Source of the DNA: a virus
Taxonomy: Duplodnaviria > Caudoviricetes
Length of the DNA stretch: 35,748 nt
Direction: 5' to 3' (one strand)
Virus record (IMG/VR): IMGVR_UViG_3300049381_000004
Span: 1 to 35,748 of that record
This document shows positions 1-8,710 of the stretch, piece after piece. Both the position numbers and the translations under genes were made by a program. Numbering within the stretch: position 1 is the stretch's first letter; each line of letters opens with the position of its first letter. Under the pieces are notes generated by a model. The model did not search any database. It worked only from the letters and a program-made list of their open reading frames with translations, and was not told where the DNA came from.

Positions 1-276
1 CGAAGCGATCAGCAAAATCGGTATTTGTGGGGATGCGTGTACCCGAAGATCCTGCAGCACCTTGAAGGCTGGGACGCCGAGGACGTGCACGAATTCTGCC
101 TTGGCGAGTGGTCGGGCTGGGAAGTAATGGAAGGCTTTGGCCGCAAGCGTCTGAGGCCAATCAAGCGTAGTTCAAAACTCAGCACTGTGGAGTTCATGGA
201 CTTCGTTGCTCACATCCAACGAACGATGGCGGAGCGCGGCATCGATATTCCCGACCCGAACGAGGAGTTCGCGTGA
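1..276 (+). CDS. ninB: NinB-like recombination accessory protein (5' partial)
   Basis: Frame open from base 1: RSDQQNRYLWG resembles the NinB RSxxQN..LW motif; C-terminal SSKLSTVEFMDFV...GIDIPDP also typical. Confidence 0.65.
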   Translation, partial: RSDQQNRYLWGCVYPKILQHLEGWDAEDVHEFCLGEWSGWEVMEGFGRKRLRPIKRSSKLSTVEFMDFVAHIQRTMAERGIDIPDPNEEFA

Positions 277-578
277 GCAAGCTTCGAGAAGCCGCCCGCG
301 GCCAGCAGTGCTACGGAAGATTTATCCACCACTGCAACCGCAACAGTGAGACGGTCTCTCTTGCGCATATCCGCCTCGGTGGAGTCGGCGGCACTGGCTT
401 CAAACCGCCCGACAGCTGCGGTTTGCCACTTTGTTCGTCTTGCCACGACGCTCTAGATATGCGGGTCAAGTCACCGCACAGCCGCGCGCAGCTCCATGCT
501 GATGTGTTGCGAGGGCTATGCCAATGGCTTGAGTACTGCGAAAAGAATGGCCTGATAACGATTGGAGAAACAGCCTAA
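273..578 (+). CDS. DUF1364 / YbcO-like Zn-binding putative nuclease
   Basis: LREAARGQQC...CN.NSETVSLAH..GGTGFKP.D...CSSCHDALD pattern; GTGA overlap with upstream gene. Confidence 0.85.
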   Translation: MSKLREAARGQQCYGRFIHHCNRNSETVSLAHIRLGGVGGTGFKPPDSCGLPLCSSCHDALDMRVKSPHSRAQLHADVLRGLCQWLEYCEKNGLITIGETA

Positions 579-991
579 TGGGATACTCAACTGACTTCGA
601 AGGCGTGCTCACGTTCGACTGCGAGATGAACGTCGTCATGCTTCGCAGCATCAAAAATCTACTTGGTGGCCACAGCAGGGATCTTGGCGTTCCCAGCAAC
701 GACTCCGGCTACATTGACCTGGAATTGACTAACGATTTTACCGGCGTCAAATGGGACGGCGGCGGGAAGACCTACAACCTGCAGCACTCGGTGACCGCCA
801 TCATCCGTAAGATGCGCGAGCAGTTCCCACAGTTCGGCCTGAGCGGCGAGCTCATTGCCCAGGGCGAGGACCCAGACGACAAGTGGAGGCTGACAGTTGT
901 CGATGGCGTCGGCATCAAGACCGACATTCCGCCGACAGGCACCCAAGTTAGCTGCCCGAGTTGTCGCCACAAGTTTCGGGTGCAGCCATGA
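578..991 (+). CDS. Phage hypothetical protein with C-terminal CxxC
   Basis: SD GGAG, TAATG coupling, MGYSTDFEG start, CPSC near C-terminus. Confidence 0.75.
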   Translation: MGYSTDFEGVLTFDCEMNVVMLRSIKNLLGGHSRDLGVPSNDSGYIDLELTNDFTGVKWDGGGKTYNLQHSVTAIIRKMREQFPQFGLSGELIAQGEDPDDKWRLTVVDGVGIKTDIPPTGTQVSCPSCRHKFRVQP

Positions 992-1170
992 ACGACATCA
1001 TGACCCACCTTGAGATCTCCCTAGACCGCGAGTTCGCCCTTACACCGCCCGAGCCAAAGCCCTTCGCGCCCACCGCCGACGTGATCGCCCTGCTGCTGTC
1101 GATAGAGTACGGCGTGAGCATCGAGCAGGCGATGTGTTGGTGTGTGAATGCGTTTGGGGAGGCGCCATGA
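988..1170 (+). CDS. Hypothetical protein (60 aa)
   Basis: ATGA overlaps at both ends (988-991, 1167-1170). Confidence 0.6.
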   Translation: MNDIMTHLEISLDREFALTPPEPKPFAPTADVIALLLSIEYGVSIEQAMCWCVNAFGEAP

Positions 1171-1658
1171 CTGCTCGATCTATCGACCTGCCGGGCTGCG
1201 TGAAGCCGGACACAACTGAGCGCGTGCACTTCTACGAGAACGACTTTTACCCGTTCAGCAACTTCTCGTGCTTCTCAATTCGGTGGTTCGCGAAGACATT
1301 CGCTGCTTCCGAGTATGTCTACCACTGGGAAAAGTTCATCCGCACGGCTCCAGAGATCGCCACAGCCATCGAGTTCGCTCCCTCCGCGCATGAGGCATTC
1401 AAGCTTGCCGAACGCCACAAGGAGCTGAGACGCAAAGACTGGAATACCGTGAAAGTCGACGTGATGCGACAAATCCTGCGCGCAAAGGTCGACCAGCACG
1501 AGTACGTGCGTCGCAAGTTGCTGCAGACCGGAGACCGCGAACTCGTCGAGGACTCTTGGAGAGATTCTTTTTGGGGCTGGGGCCCGCAACGCGATGGCCT
1601 GAACATGCTCGGAAAGCTCTGGATGGAGTTGCGCTCAGCGCTGAGGGAATCAACATGA
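1167..1658 (+). CDS. NADAR (YbiA-like) family N-glycosidase / ADP-ribosyl hydrolase
   Basis: FSNF, SEYVYHWEKF, RKDWNTVKVDVM, LLQTGDRELVEDS..D.FWG, GLNMLGKLWMELR are NADAR motifs; ATG 1167 after GGAGG. Confidence 0.92.
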   Translation: MTARSIDLPGCVKPDTTERVHFYENDFYPFSNFSCFSIRWFAKTFAASEYVYHWEKFIRTAPEIATAIEFAPSAHEAFKLAERHKELRRKDWNTVKVDVMRQILRAKVDQHEYVRRKLLQTGDRELVEDSWRDSFWGWGPQRDGLNMLGKLWMELRSALREST

Positions 1659-1942
1659 CCTCCGAATCCACCCGCGCCATCGCGGCCGACATCGCGCGGG
1701 AGTTCAAGGATCATCCGGAGCGGTGGAAGCAAGGATCATTCGGGTTCCGCGAGTCTGGCGGTGCATGTCTAGATCGGCATATCACTTCACGATGCAACGA
1801 TAGATGGGACGGTCTCGCGTCCGTTGTGTGCGCGCACATGGGATTTGCAAGCCGCATGGGTCTGTGGAATTGGAACGATGCTCCCGACCGGACGGTCCAC
1901 GACATCATCGCCCTCTGCGAGAAGGTGGCTGCCAATGGCTGA
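1655..1942 (+). CDS. Phage hypothetical protein, DUF6197-like
   Basis: WKQG...GACL and C-terminal WNDAPDRTVHDIIAL motif; ATGA overlap. Confidence 0.6.
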   Translation: MTSESTRAIAADIAREFKDHPERWKQGSFGFRESGGACLDRHITSRCNDRWDGLASVVCAHMGFASRMGLWNWNDAPDRTVHDIIALCEKVAANG

Positions 1943-2420
1943 GCAGACCAACATCAGCTGGTGCGACAGCAGTAAGTACAGGCCTGCTGAGTTCGGCCCG
2001 CCTGCGATGCCACCGCGTGACGGAGACGCCCAGCAGGCAAGGCAGCGCGTGAATGTTATGGTCCGCACTGGGAGGCTGGAGCATCCAAATGCCCTGCCCT
2101 GCGCAGACTGCGGTCATGTGTGGTCCGCTGGCGAGCGACGCCATGAATACGACCATCACCACGGATACTCCGCTGCTCATCACTATTGCGTAGAGCCGGT
2201 CTGCACAACCTGTCACGCCAAGCGTGACAACCCTCTCGCAACCAGAAAGCACTGCAAGATTGGCCACCCCCTGAGTGGAGAAAATCTCTATCTCGACCCT
2301 GATGGCCACCGTCACTGCCGGCAGTGTATGCGAGATCACGACAGGAAGCGCCCTCCTAGAGGCAGGGAGTATTGGCAACGAATCAATGCGAAGCGCAGGA
2401 AGGCGGTATCACATGGCTGA
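1935..2420 (+). CDS. HNH-type Zn-binding endonuclease carrying a DUF5131-like N-terminal peptide
   Basis: CADC...DHHHGY...VEPVCTTCH (HNH-like) plus HCKIGHPLSGENL...CRQC Zn domain; starts MAEQTNISWCDS. Confidence 0.75.
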   Translation: MAEQTNISWCDSSKYRPAEFGPPAMPPRDGDAQQARQRVNVMVRTGRLEHPNALPCADCGHVWSAGERRHEYDHHHGYSAAHHYCVEPVCTTCHAKRDNPLATRKHCKIGHPLSGENLYLDPDGHRHCRQCMRDHDRKRPPRGREYWQRINAKRRKAVSHG

Positions 2421-3231
2421 TAGAACAGCAATTTCTTGGTGCGATTCCACGCACAACCCCGTGGTGGGTTGCGAGCGCATCAGCCCGGCTTGTGATCACT
2501 GCTACGCCGCTGACTGGGCCAAACGCAGCGGCCAAGCAGAACTTTGGCAAGGCGAGCGCCGCCGCACCACCGAAGCGAACTGGCGCAAGCCGCTGCAGTG
2601 GGAGCGGGAGCACGAGACATTCTTTGCTGCGAACGGTCGGCGGCGGCGCGTGTTCTGCGCATCACTCGCGGACGTGTTCGACAACCAGTGGGATCCACAG
2701 TGGCGTGCCGATCTGTTTGCAATGATCAGAGCCACGCCGCACCTCATCTGGTTGCTATTGACCAAGAGAATTGGCAACGCCTCAAAGATGTTGCCGCCTG
2801 ATTGGGATGTTGGAACGGTCGGTGGATATCGGCACTATGCGTACCCCAACGTCTGGATCGGCGCTACCATCGCCAACCAGGACGAGGCCGACCGCGATAT
2901 ACCGAAGCTGCTGGCCACACCGGCGCGCGTGCGGTTTCTCTCGTGCGAGCCGCTGCTGGGTCCGATCGATCTGGACTGCTGGCCGGAGTCTGGCTGCTCA
3001 CGCAACTGGATCGACAGCGATCCCGGGATTGACTGGGTGATAGCCGGCGGCGAGAGCGGCGGCAAGGCGCGGCCGTCACACCCTGATTGGTTCAGGTCTC
3101 TTAAGCAGCAATGTTCAAGCGCTGGAGTTGCTTTCTTTATGAAACAAATGGGAGGCGCACGAGATAAGCGAGAAGATCTGCATTCGATTCCCGAAGACCT
3201 CAGAGTTAGGGAGTGGCCAGATGCGCGCTAA
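2413..3231 (+). CDS. DUF5131 (phage Gp37/Gp68 family, three-Cys motif) protein
   Basis: ISWCDSTHNPVVGCERISPACDHCYA, RVFCASLADVF, LLLTKR, NVWIG, RFLSCEPLLG, IDWVIAGGESG, FFMKQ. Confidence 0.95.
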   Translation: MADRTAISWCDSTHNPVVGCERISPACDHCYAADWAKRSGQAELWQGERRRTTEANWRKPLQWEREHETFFAANGRRRRVFCASLADVFDNQWDPQWRADLFAMIRATPHLIWLLLTKRIGNASKMLPPDWDVGTVGGYRHYAYPNVWIGATIANQDEADRDIPKLLATPARVRFLSCEPLLGPIDLDCWPESGCSRNWIDSDPGIDWVIAGGESGGKARPSHPDWFRSLKQQCSSAGVAFFMKQMGGARDKREDLHSIPEDLRVREWPDAR

Positions 3232-3706
3232 GATAGCGGTCAGCGACTACAATCGCAGATACCACATCGCGAATCGAGACAGGCTGCTGAAGAGAATGGC
3301 GCGGCTCAGAGCTAGTCGAAAGGCCGGTCCGTATGCGGTTGATTGGGCGGTTCAGAAGCTACTGAGCGATGCCAAGCGTCGCGCGAATCGCTACTCGATG
3401 GTGTTCGATTTGGATCTTCGCTCTATTCACAAGCCAACACATTGCCCGGTGTTCGGTTTTGAACTCGTATATCAGGCGTCTGGCAAGAGGCTGCCGAACA
3501 GCGCATCGCTTGATCGAATCGACAGCGGCAAGGGATACACCACGGACAACGTGTGGATAATCTCTTGGCGCGCAAATCAAGTAAAAACCGATGCCACCGC
3601 GGATGAACTAGAGACTGTCTGCGCCGCAATGCGCAAGAGATCCGCCGGCCGCACGCTCGACGGCGTGGTGCACGATGCGTTTCCTGACATAGGAGAATCA
3701 CGATGA
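3221..3706 (+). CDS. HNH-like (beta-beta-alpha-Me) endonuclease with DUF5131-like C-terminal tail
   Basis: HCPVFG...SASLDRIDSGKGYTTDNVWIISWRANQVK; ends KRSAGRTLDGVVHDAFP. Confidence 0.75.
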   Translation: MRAKIAVSDYNRRYHIANRDRLLKRMARLRASRKAGPYAVDWAVQKLLSDAKRRANRYSMVFDLDLRSIHKPTHCPVFGFELVYQASGKRLPNSASLDRIDSGKGYTTDNVWIISWRANQVKTDATADELETVCAAMRKRSAGRTLDGVVHDAFPDIGESR

Positions 3707-4317
3707 CAGTGAGCAACGAGCAGATCGAGGCGATACAAGCGGAGACGTACGCCGGGCTGACCAGCGAAGGCCAAGCTGCTCTCGCTATGCGTCACGTCGA
3801 AACGCTCCGCACCGCCCTCGCCGAGCGCGACGCCACCATCAAGCGCATCCAGTCCGCGGCGCTATCTCTGGCCGATGCCAACACGCGCGCCAGCAGTGCG
3901 CGTCTCGATGCGGCAAAGCGACTGGAGGCCGAATGCTCCCCTGAGCACGTCGAGTCGCAGCGCGCCGCCAATGAGCGGCTGACGAATGAGCTGGCCGAGC
4001 GCGACGCGGAGATTGAGCGGCTGACTGAGCGCCTGAAGGTCGTTGAAGACGAGAAGCTTGCAGCGCATGTAAGATTCAACAATGGGATATTGGAGCTTGA
4101 TGCGGAGATTGAGCGGCTGAAGCAAGAGCTGCAGACAAACCGCAATGCCCGAAACGCCCTCTACGCCGAGAATCGTCGGCTGAAAGAAGACGCCGCCCGA
4201 GCCGCCAACGCGAGGGATATCTGCGCGGCGGAGATCAGGGGGTTGAGGGAGAGGCTGGCAGATATCCCAACAGTTTACCGCTGCGATTCATGCGGCGGGT
4301 TGATCGACAAGAGGTGA
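3703..4317 (+). CDS. Coiled-coil accessory protein with internal DAEIERL repeats
   Basis: SD AGGAG, ATGA overlap, heptad-rich sequence, C-terminal CDSC. Confidence 0.75.
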   Translation: MTVSNEQIEAIQAETYAGLTSEGQAALAMRHVETLRTALAERDATIKRIQSAALSLADANTRASSARLDAAKRLEAECSPEHVESQRAANERLTNELAERDAEIERLTERLKVVEDEKLAAHVRFNNGILELDAEIERLKQELQTNRNARNALYAENRRLKEDAARAANARDICAAEIRGLRERLADIPTVYRCDSCGGLIDKR

Positions 4318-4321
4318 CGCC

Positions 4322-5017
4322 GTGAAGCGGTACGAAATCTACCGCAATCGAATGCAACTGACGCAGAAAGAAGCGGACAGAGGCGACTGGTGCCGCTTCG
4401 CTGACCACGAGGCCGACGTAGCAGGAAAGCTGCAAGGCCTGCAATCCCAGCTCGCGGCATCGCAGGCCGATGTCATAGCATTGCGCGAGGCCAACAAGCA
4501 GGCGCAGCGAGTGATCCTGGCGAATGAGCAAGCGGCATTGGCCTCGCAGGCGGAGGCGCGGAGGTTGCGAGAGGCGGTTATCAGTCTGAGACCTTGCCTT
4601 GAAACACTACGCCGTTGCAGCCGTGAGCTATTCCACCTCCGAGCGTTCCGTACTTCCGGTGACATCGACAAGGCAGCAGGGAAAGTTGAAAGCTGCTTAG
4701 CCGCCCTCGCCCCGCCGCAGCCAAAGGAGGCTCCCTACTACGTGCGCTCGTTCTGGTCGCCATGCCGCAAGTACATAGTCACCGCATGCGTGCCGAGCCC
4801 AGGGAGCGAGATCTGCATTGTCGATGACAACGGGGACCAATGGGAGCCGACTGGTCCTGTTGAAGACATGACTGAGTTCGCCAACAGGGCGCTGTCCCGA
4901 AAGAATGAGGCTGCCCAGCCGCAGGCGGAGCAGAAGGACGATCACGTCTACAGCACGCATGGATTTGACGGCAAGGGCGAAGATTGTCCGGGCTGTAAGG
5001 AGAGCGGCAATGGCTGA
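4322..5017 (+). CDS. Mosaic coiled-coil accessory protein (Ead/Ea22-like N-terminus)
   Basis: GAGG + GTG start; MKRY...GDWCRFADHEA motif; terminal CPGC. Confidence 0.7.
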   Translation: MKRYEIYRNRMQLTQKEADRGDWCRFADHEADVAGKLQGLQSQLAASQADVIALREANKQAQRVILANEQAALASQAEARRLREAVISLRPCLETLRRCSRELFHLRAFRTSGDIDKAAGKVESCLAALAPPQPKEAPYYVRSFWSPCRKYIVTACVPSPGSEICIVDDNGDQWEPTGPVEDMTEFANRALSRKNEAAQPQAEQKDDHVYSTHGFDGKGEDCPGCKESGNG

Positions 5018-5669
5018 ACTGAATTCATCGGATCGCTACGAGATCATCGCCGAGCTGTATCTCGGCCAGTTCGGCGAGTTAGCGCCCGGCAAGGATCGCC
5101 CACCGCTCTCAGGTATTCAGAGCGATGAGGAGCGAATAGCGAATAACGAGCGCTGGTCTGAATGGCTCACGCACCGGTTCAACCATCCATTGGAGCGGGC
5201 ACTGGAGAAGATCCACTGCATGCAGCACCAAGCGGAGCAGCGCGAGGAGTCATTGCGCGAAGCATCCGATGCGAAGGCCGAACTCCGCGCCCGCATCGCG
5301 CAGCAAGACGAGACTATCGCTGAGCTTCGCGCCCTGCTTTCTCTGTCGCAATCCAAGGTGCATGCCACTGAAATGGGCGAACGCTCGATGATTGCTCGAT
5401 GCGATGAACTGTTCGCTGACAACCGGAGCCTCACCTCCGCCAACGCCGAGTACGCCAAGCGGCACTTGGAGCAGGTGGAGACGGTGCGCACTCTCACCGC
5501 CGAGAACGCGGCGCTGCGGGCGGATCGCGATCGCATCGACTGGCAAGAGGCTAACGGCTCACGTGGCATGTATCGAATGCACAGCGGAAGTTGGTTTAGG
5601 CCGGGATTCGGCGAGTATCACTACTCCAGTTTCAGGGAAGCACTCGACGCAGCGCGAGGTGGGAAGTGA
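5010..5669 (+). CDS. Coiled-coil hypothetical protein
   Basis: AGGAG + ATG 5010; AENAALRADRDRIDW...FREALDAAR C-terminus typical of phage accessory proteins. Confidence 0.7.
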   Translation: MAELNSSDRYEIIAELYLGQFGELAPGKDRPPLSGIQSDEERIANNERWSEWLTHRFNHPLERALEKIHCMQHQAEQREESLREASDAKAELRARIAQQDETIAELRALLSLSQSKVHATEMGERSMIARCDELFADNRSLTSANAEYAKRHLEQVETVRTLTAENAALRADRDRIDWQEANGSRGMYRMHSGSWFRPGFGEYHYSSFREALDAARGGK

Positions 5670-6076
5670 TCAAATATGTTGCAGTCGGCCCGATCCGAGA
5701 AGCCAATCGTCATGGGGATTTCGAGAACGAGCACACGTGGTATCCGTGCCGTGAAGTCGACGCCGAGGCCTCCCGCCTGCGGGCGCGGGTGGCGGAGTTG
5801 GAGAAGGGCTGGCGGCCGATCGAGACAGCGCCAAAGGACGGCTCAAGGATATTCATCTGGAATGCAGATGAGGAGTTTCCATCATTCTTTGAGGCAAGCT
5901 GGAGAGAGCCTACTGAATCAGAATTCTGGGTTAGCGGCAGCAGTGAGCCATTTACCGAGGATGGAACATTCGGCACAGAGGCAAGCTGGTTCTCGGATGA
6001 GGGATTTGTCTGCAAGCTAACTAATGCGACTCACTGGCGAGCTATTTTTGCCGCCCCTCATTGTGAGCAGCCATGA
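5666..6076 (+). CDS. DUF551-like protein
   Basis: WRPIETAPKDGSRIFIW ... ATHWR motif. Confidence 0.8.
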   Translation: MIKYVAVGPIREANRHGDFENEHTWYPCREVDAEASRLRARVAELEKGWRPIETAPKDGSRIFIWNADEEFPSFFEASWREPTESEFWVSGSSEPFTEDGTFGTEASWFSDEGFVCKLTNATHWRAIFAAPHCEQP

Positions 6077-6189
6077 CCTCCACCTCCTCCCTCCAGCCAT
6101 CGGCGGCGGATGAATTCCACTTGCAGACCTCGCCGGCCGGAGAGTGCAACGAGCGGGAGAACGCGCGGGAGATCAACGATGCCAAGTGA
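6073..6189 (+). CDS. Possible 38-aa ORF (MTSTSSLQ...)
   Basis: ATGA-coupled to upstream stop and fills the gap to the next gene; no motif. Confidence 0.35.
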   Translation: MTSTSSLQPSAADEFHLQTSPAGECNERENAREINDAK

Positions 6190-6529
6190 CAACGAAAATT
6201 TCTACGATCAGCACATCGCGCCGAAACTGGCCGAACTCGGCAAGCAGTGCCAGGAGCGCGGCATGTCATTTATCGCTATGGTGGAGTACGACCCAGGAGA
6301 GACCGGACAGACCGTCATGCTTCCAGTTGGCTCGTCATATCAGATCCGGCTTGCAGAGACGGCAATGAGATGCCACGGGAATGTCGACTTGCTTTGGAAT
6401 GCGATCGTGAAGCACGCCTGGGAGCACGGTCACAACTCTATCTATTTGAATCAGGCTGGCGTTCCTTTGACTCCTGAGGAGCCGGAGAGAGACGACAACG
6501 GTGTTGAGCGGGCGGAGGGCAAGTCGTGA
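6179..6529 (+). CDS. Hypothetical protein
   Basis: GGAG + ATG 6179 (MPSDNENFYDQHIAPKL...); GTGA overlap with next gene. Confidence 0.7.
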   Translation: MPSDNENFYDQHIAPKLAELGKQCQERGMSFIAMVEYDPGETGQTVMLPVGSSYQIRLAETAMRCHGNVDLLWNAIVKHAWEHGHNSIYLNQAGVPLTPEEPERDDNGVERAEGKS

Positions 6530-6798
6530 GCAACGGACAACGCAAGGCCTTTCCAGTCCTCATACCGTGGTATTACAGCGAGCGCCGGAAGGTACCGAAA
6601 TTTGTGGACTGGTCTGTTCTGGACGGCAAACAAGCTCAGATAAACCACGGCCAGACACTCGAGCGACTGGCAGAACGAGGCGGCTTGGCGCCGGATGAGA
6701 TTGTTGCAAACATCGAACGGCGCAGGTGGCGCCCAATGGAAATTGAGGATGCCCTGACCGCAATTAAAGAACATGCTTTTGAGGTAGAGCGGCCATGA
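6526..6798 (+). CDS. Phage hypothetical protein
   Basis: QAQINHGQTLERLAERGGL motif familiar from phage hypotheticals; coupled overlaps. Confidence 0.75.
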   Translation: MSNGQRKAFPVLIPWYYSERRKVPKFVDWSVLDGKQAQINHGQTLERLAERGGLAPDEIVANIERRRWRPMEIEDALTAIKEHAFEVERP

Positions 6799-7139
6799 GC
6801 AACACAGCGCTTGACGCAGTTTTCAACTCCGCATACCGAGACATGCTCTGGAGCGGCAAGGGCATGTACCAGACCCGTCTTGTGGATCAGATCATACAGG
6901 CCAGACCGGTCAGCACCAGCGAGGTCTTTCGCTTCCGATTCATTCGCGGCAAGTCGCATGCGCATAGCCGAAAGATCTGGCGTGAGCGCCGGGAGCGACA
7001 TCCGTGGACGGAGATCAAATACACGTGGCTCGTGCCTGATATGCCAGAGCTTGATGCTGCTGCGATGGAGCGGATAAGGGTTGGCTTGGCGGCACGCATC
7101 GATCGGGATCTGCTAGGTGCATTCTGGGGGCGGCCGTGA
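6795..7139 (+). CDS. Hypothetical protein
   Basis: ATGA/GTGA coupling in operon, GAGG SD. Confidence 0.65.
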   Translation: MSNTALDAVFNSAYRDMLWSGKGMYQTRLVDQIIQARPVSTSEVFRFRFIRGKSHAHSRKIWRERRERHPWTEIKYTWLVPDMPELDAAAMERIRVGLAARIDRDLLGAFWGRP

Positions 7140-7444
7140 GCAAAGCCGATAAGTACACCGGAAAGCCGAGCCCTGCGGTGCGCCGGCAGACTGCTGCCGA
7201 TGGCAATCCGTTGCCCTCCGCTGCGATCCCTGACCGCAAGCAAAAGACCTACGGCTTCAGCGTCGAGCGCTCAACCTGGCTCAGCAATAAAGACGGCTGG
7301 GGCTGGCGCGGGGAGCGCTGGTATCAGTGGCACGAGAGCGAGCGCAGCCGCGATCAGGCCATGCAGTGTTTTCGCAAAGGCTGGAAACCCGAGGCGGTTG
7401 CGGGCCTGGCTCGATATCGAGATTTGAGAACGGAGCAGCGATGA
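7136..7444 (+). CDS. Hypothetical basic, Trp-rich protein
   Basis: Coupled at both ends. Confidence 0.6.
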   Translation: MSKADKYTGKPSPAVRRQTAADGNPLPSAAIPDRKQKTYGFSVERSTWLSNKDGWGWRGERWYQWHESERSRDQAMQCFRKGWKPEAVAGLARYRDLRTEQR

Positions 7445-7632
7445 GACAGCAGCCGAAGATCAAGCTGCAGGAGTGGGCGGCGCGAAGGTTCGAGCCGCCG
7501 CCGTGCCGGCGCACCCTTTACCGTTGGGTCAAGAACTCGCTGATCGAGCCACAGCCGACCCGCATCGGGCGCGAGTACTGGGTGGAGCGCGACGCGCACT
7601 GCGTCGACAGGAATGGCAATGTCACCTCGTAA
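7441..7632 (+). CDS. xis: Excisionase (lambda Xis-like winged helix)
   Basis: IKLQEWAARRFEPPPCRRTLYRWVKNSLIEPQPTRIGREYWVE; overlaps the int start as in lambda. Confidence 0.92.
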   Translation: MRQQPKIKLQEWAARRFEPPPCRRTLYRWVKNSLIEPQPTRIGREYWVERDAHCVDRNGNVTS

Positions 7633-8710
7633 GCGGCACTTCCGCAGCAACGGTCTTCCCGACAACCTCTCTCTGCGTGCAGACGGGTACTACGTCTACA
7701 CCAGCCCCATCAACAGGCACCAGAAGGGTCTGGGCCGTGATCGGCTCGCCGCAATCAAGTTCGCGCGCTCTGCCAACGTCGAGGTGCAGCGCATGCGTGG
7801 CGAGCTGGACGGTGCCGCATGGGTGCGCGGCGTCACGGCTCGCAGCTGGGGCGCGTGGCTCGATCGGTTCCAGGAGCTGCTCGACGAGAAGGACTCGACG
7901 AAGGCCACGCAGAACCAGCGCAAGTCTCTTATGAAGCGCGCCCGAGCGCAGTGGCCGGCGCAAATCGCAATCACAGAGATCAGCGTCGCCATGGTTGCCG
8001 ATGCCATCAGAGCGCTCACGAAAGATGGCAAGCCTACGATGGCGCAGGCCTACCGCTCCTTCCTCGGCAAGTGCTTCCGCTCTGCCATCGCCAACGGCTG
8101 GCGCCCAGACGATCCGACCGCGGTCACCGATGTGGTGATCGTGCGCACCAAGCGCGCCAGGCTCAGCATCGATCATGCGCGCGCAATCCTCGCAGATCCG
8201 CAGACCAAGCCATGGCTGCGCAACGCCATCGCCCTTGCACTGGTGACCGGTCAACGCCGGGAGGATATCGCGCGATCTCGACGCTCAGACGTGCGAGAGG
8301 GCTGCTGGTGGGTGCACCAGCGCAAGACCGGCAACCGGGTCGCGATCCCTACCAGCATCCGGTTGGATATCCTGGGCATGTCGCTCGCCGAGGTGCTGGA
8401 GCAATGCCGCAGCACCGGCATCCTGAGTCCCTACCTGATCCACCAGACCTTCGATCGTGACCGCGGGAAGCCGGTGGCGATTCGTGCGTTCACGAACATG
8501 TTCACGGCGTGCGTGAAGCGTCTGGGGATCGACTGGGGCGACAAGTCACCGCCGACGTTCCATGAGCTGCGCAGCCTTTCGAAGCGCCTGTACGACGCCC
8601 AGGGAGGCGTGGATACGAAGCAGTTGCTGGGGCATCGCAGCGATGGGGCGGCGGCGAAGTATGCTGACGCTCGCGGTGAGTGGGTGCGTGTCTCGGTACG
8701 CGTTGGGTAG
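7613..8710 (+). CDS. int: Lambda-type tyrosine integrase
   Basis: N-terminal arm-binding domain (LPDNL..GYYVY.SP...GLG); catalytic R (TGQRREDI), K (QRKTG), HxxR (FHELRSLS), H (LLGH), Y (KYADAR); start may be 7619. Confidence 0.97.
   Translation: MAMSPRKRHFRSNGLPDNLSLRADGYYVYTSPINRHQKGLGRDRLAAIKFARSANVEVQRMRGELDGAAWVRGVTARSWGAWLDRFQELLDEKDSTKATQNQRKSLMKRARAQWPAQIAITEISVAMVADAIRALTKDGKPTMAQAYRSFLGKCFRSAIANGWRPDDPTAVTDVVIVRTKRARLSIDHARAILADPQTKPWLRNAIALALVTGQRREDIARSRRSDVREGCWWVHQRKTGNRVAIPTSIRLDILGMSLAEVLEQCRSTGILSPYLIHQTFDRDRGKPVAIRAFTNMFTACVKRLGIDWGDKSPPTFHELRSLSKRLYDAQGGVDTKQLLGHRSDGAAAKYADARGEWVRVSVRVG

Noticed and set aside
1971-2448. Self-splicing intron or intein explaining the HNH inside DUF5131
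   Set aside because: A complete replacement start with its own ATG makes splicing unnecessary; the insert is fully coding with no room for a ribozyme core and has no intein terminal residues
3815-4250. Repeats as a CRISPR array or DGR template/variable pair
   Set aside because: Few, in frame, irregularly spaced, no adenine-specific mismatches; no cas or reverse transcriptase in the window
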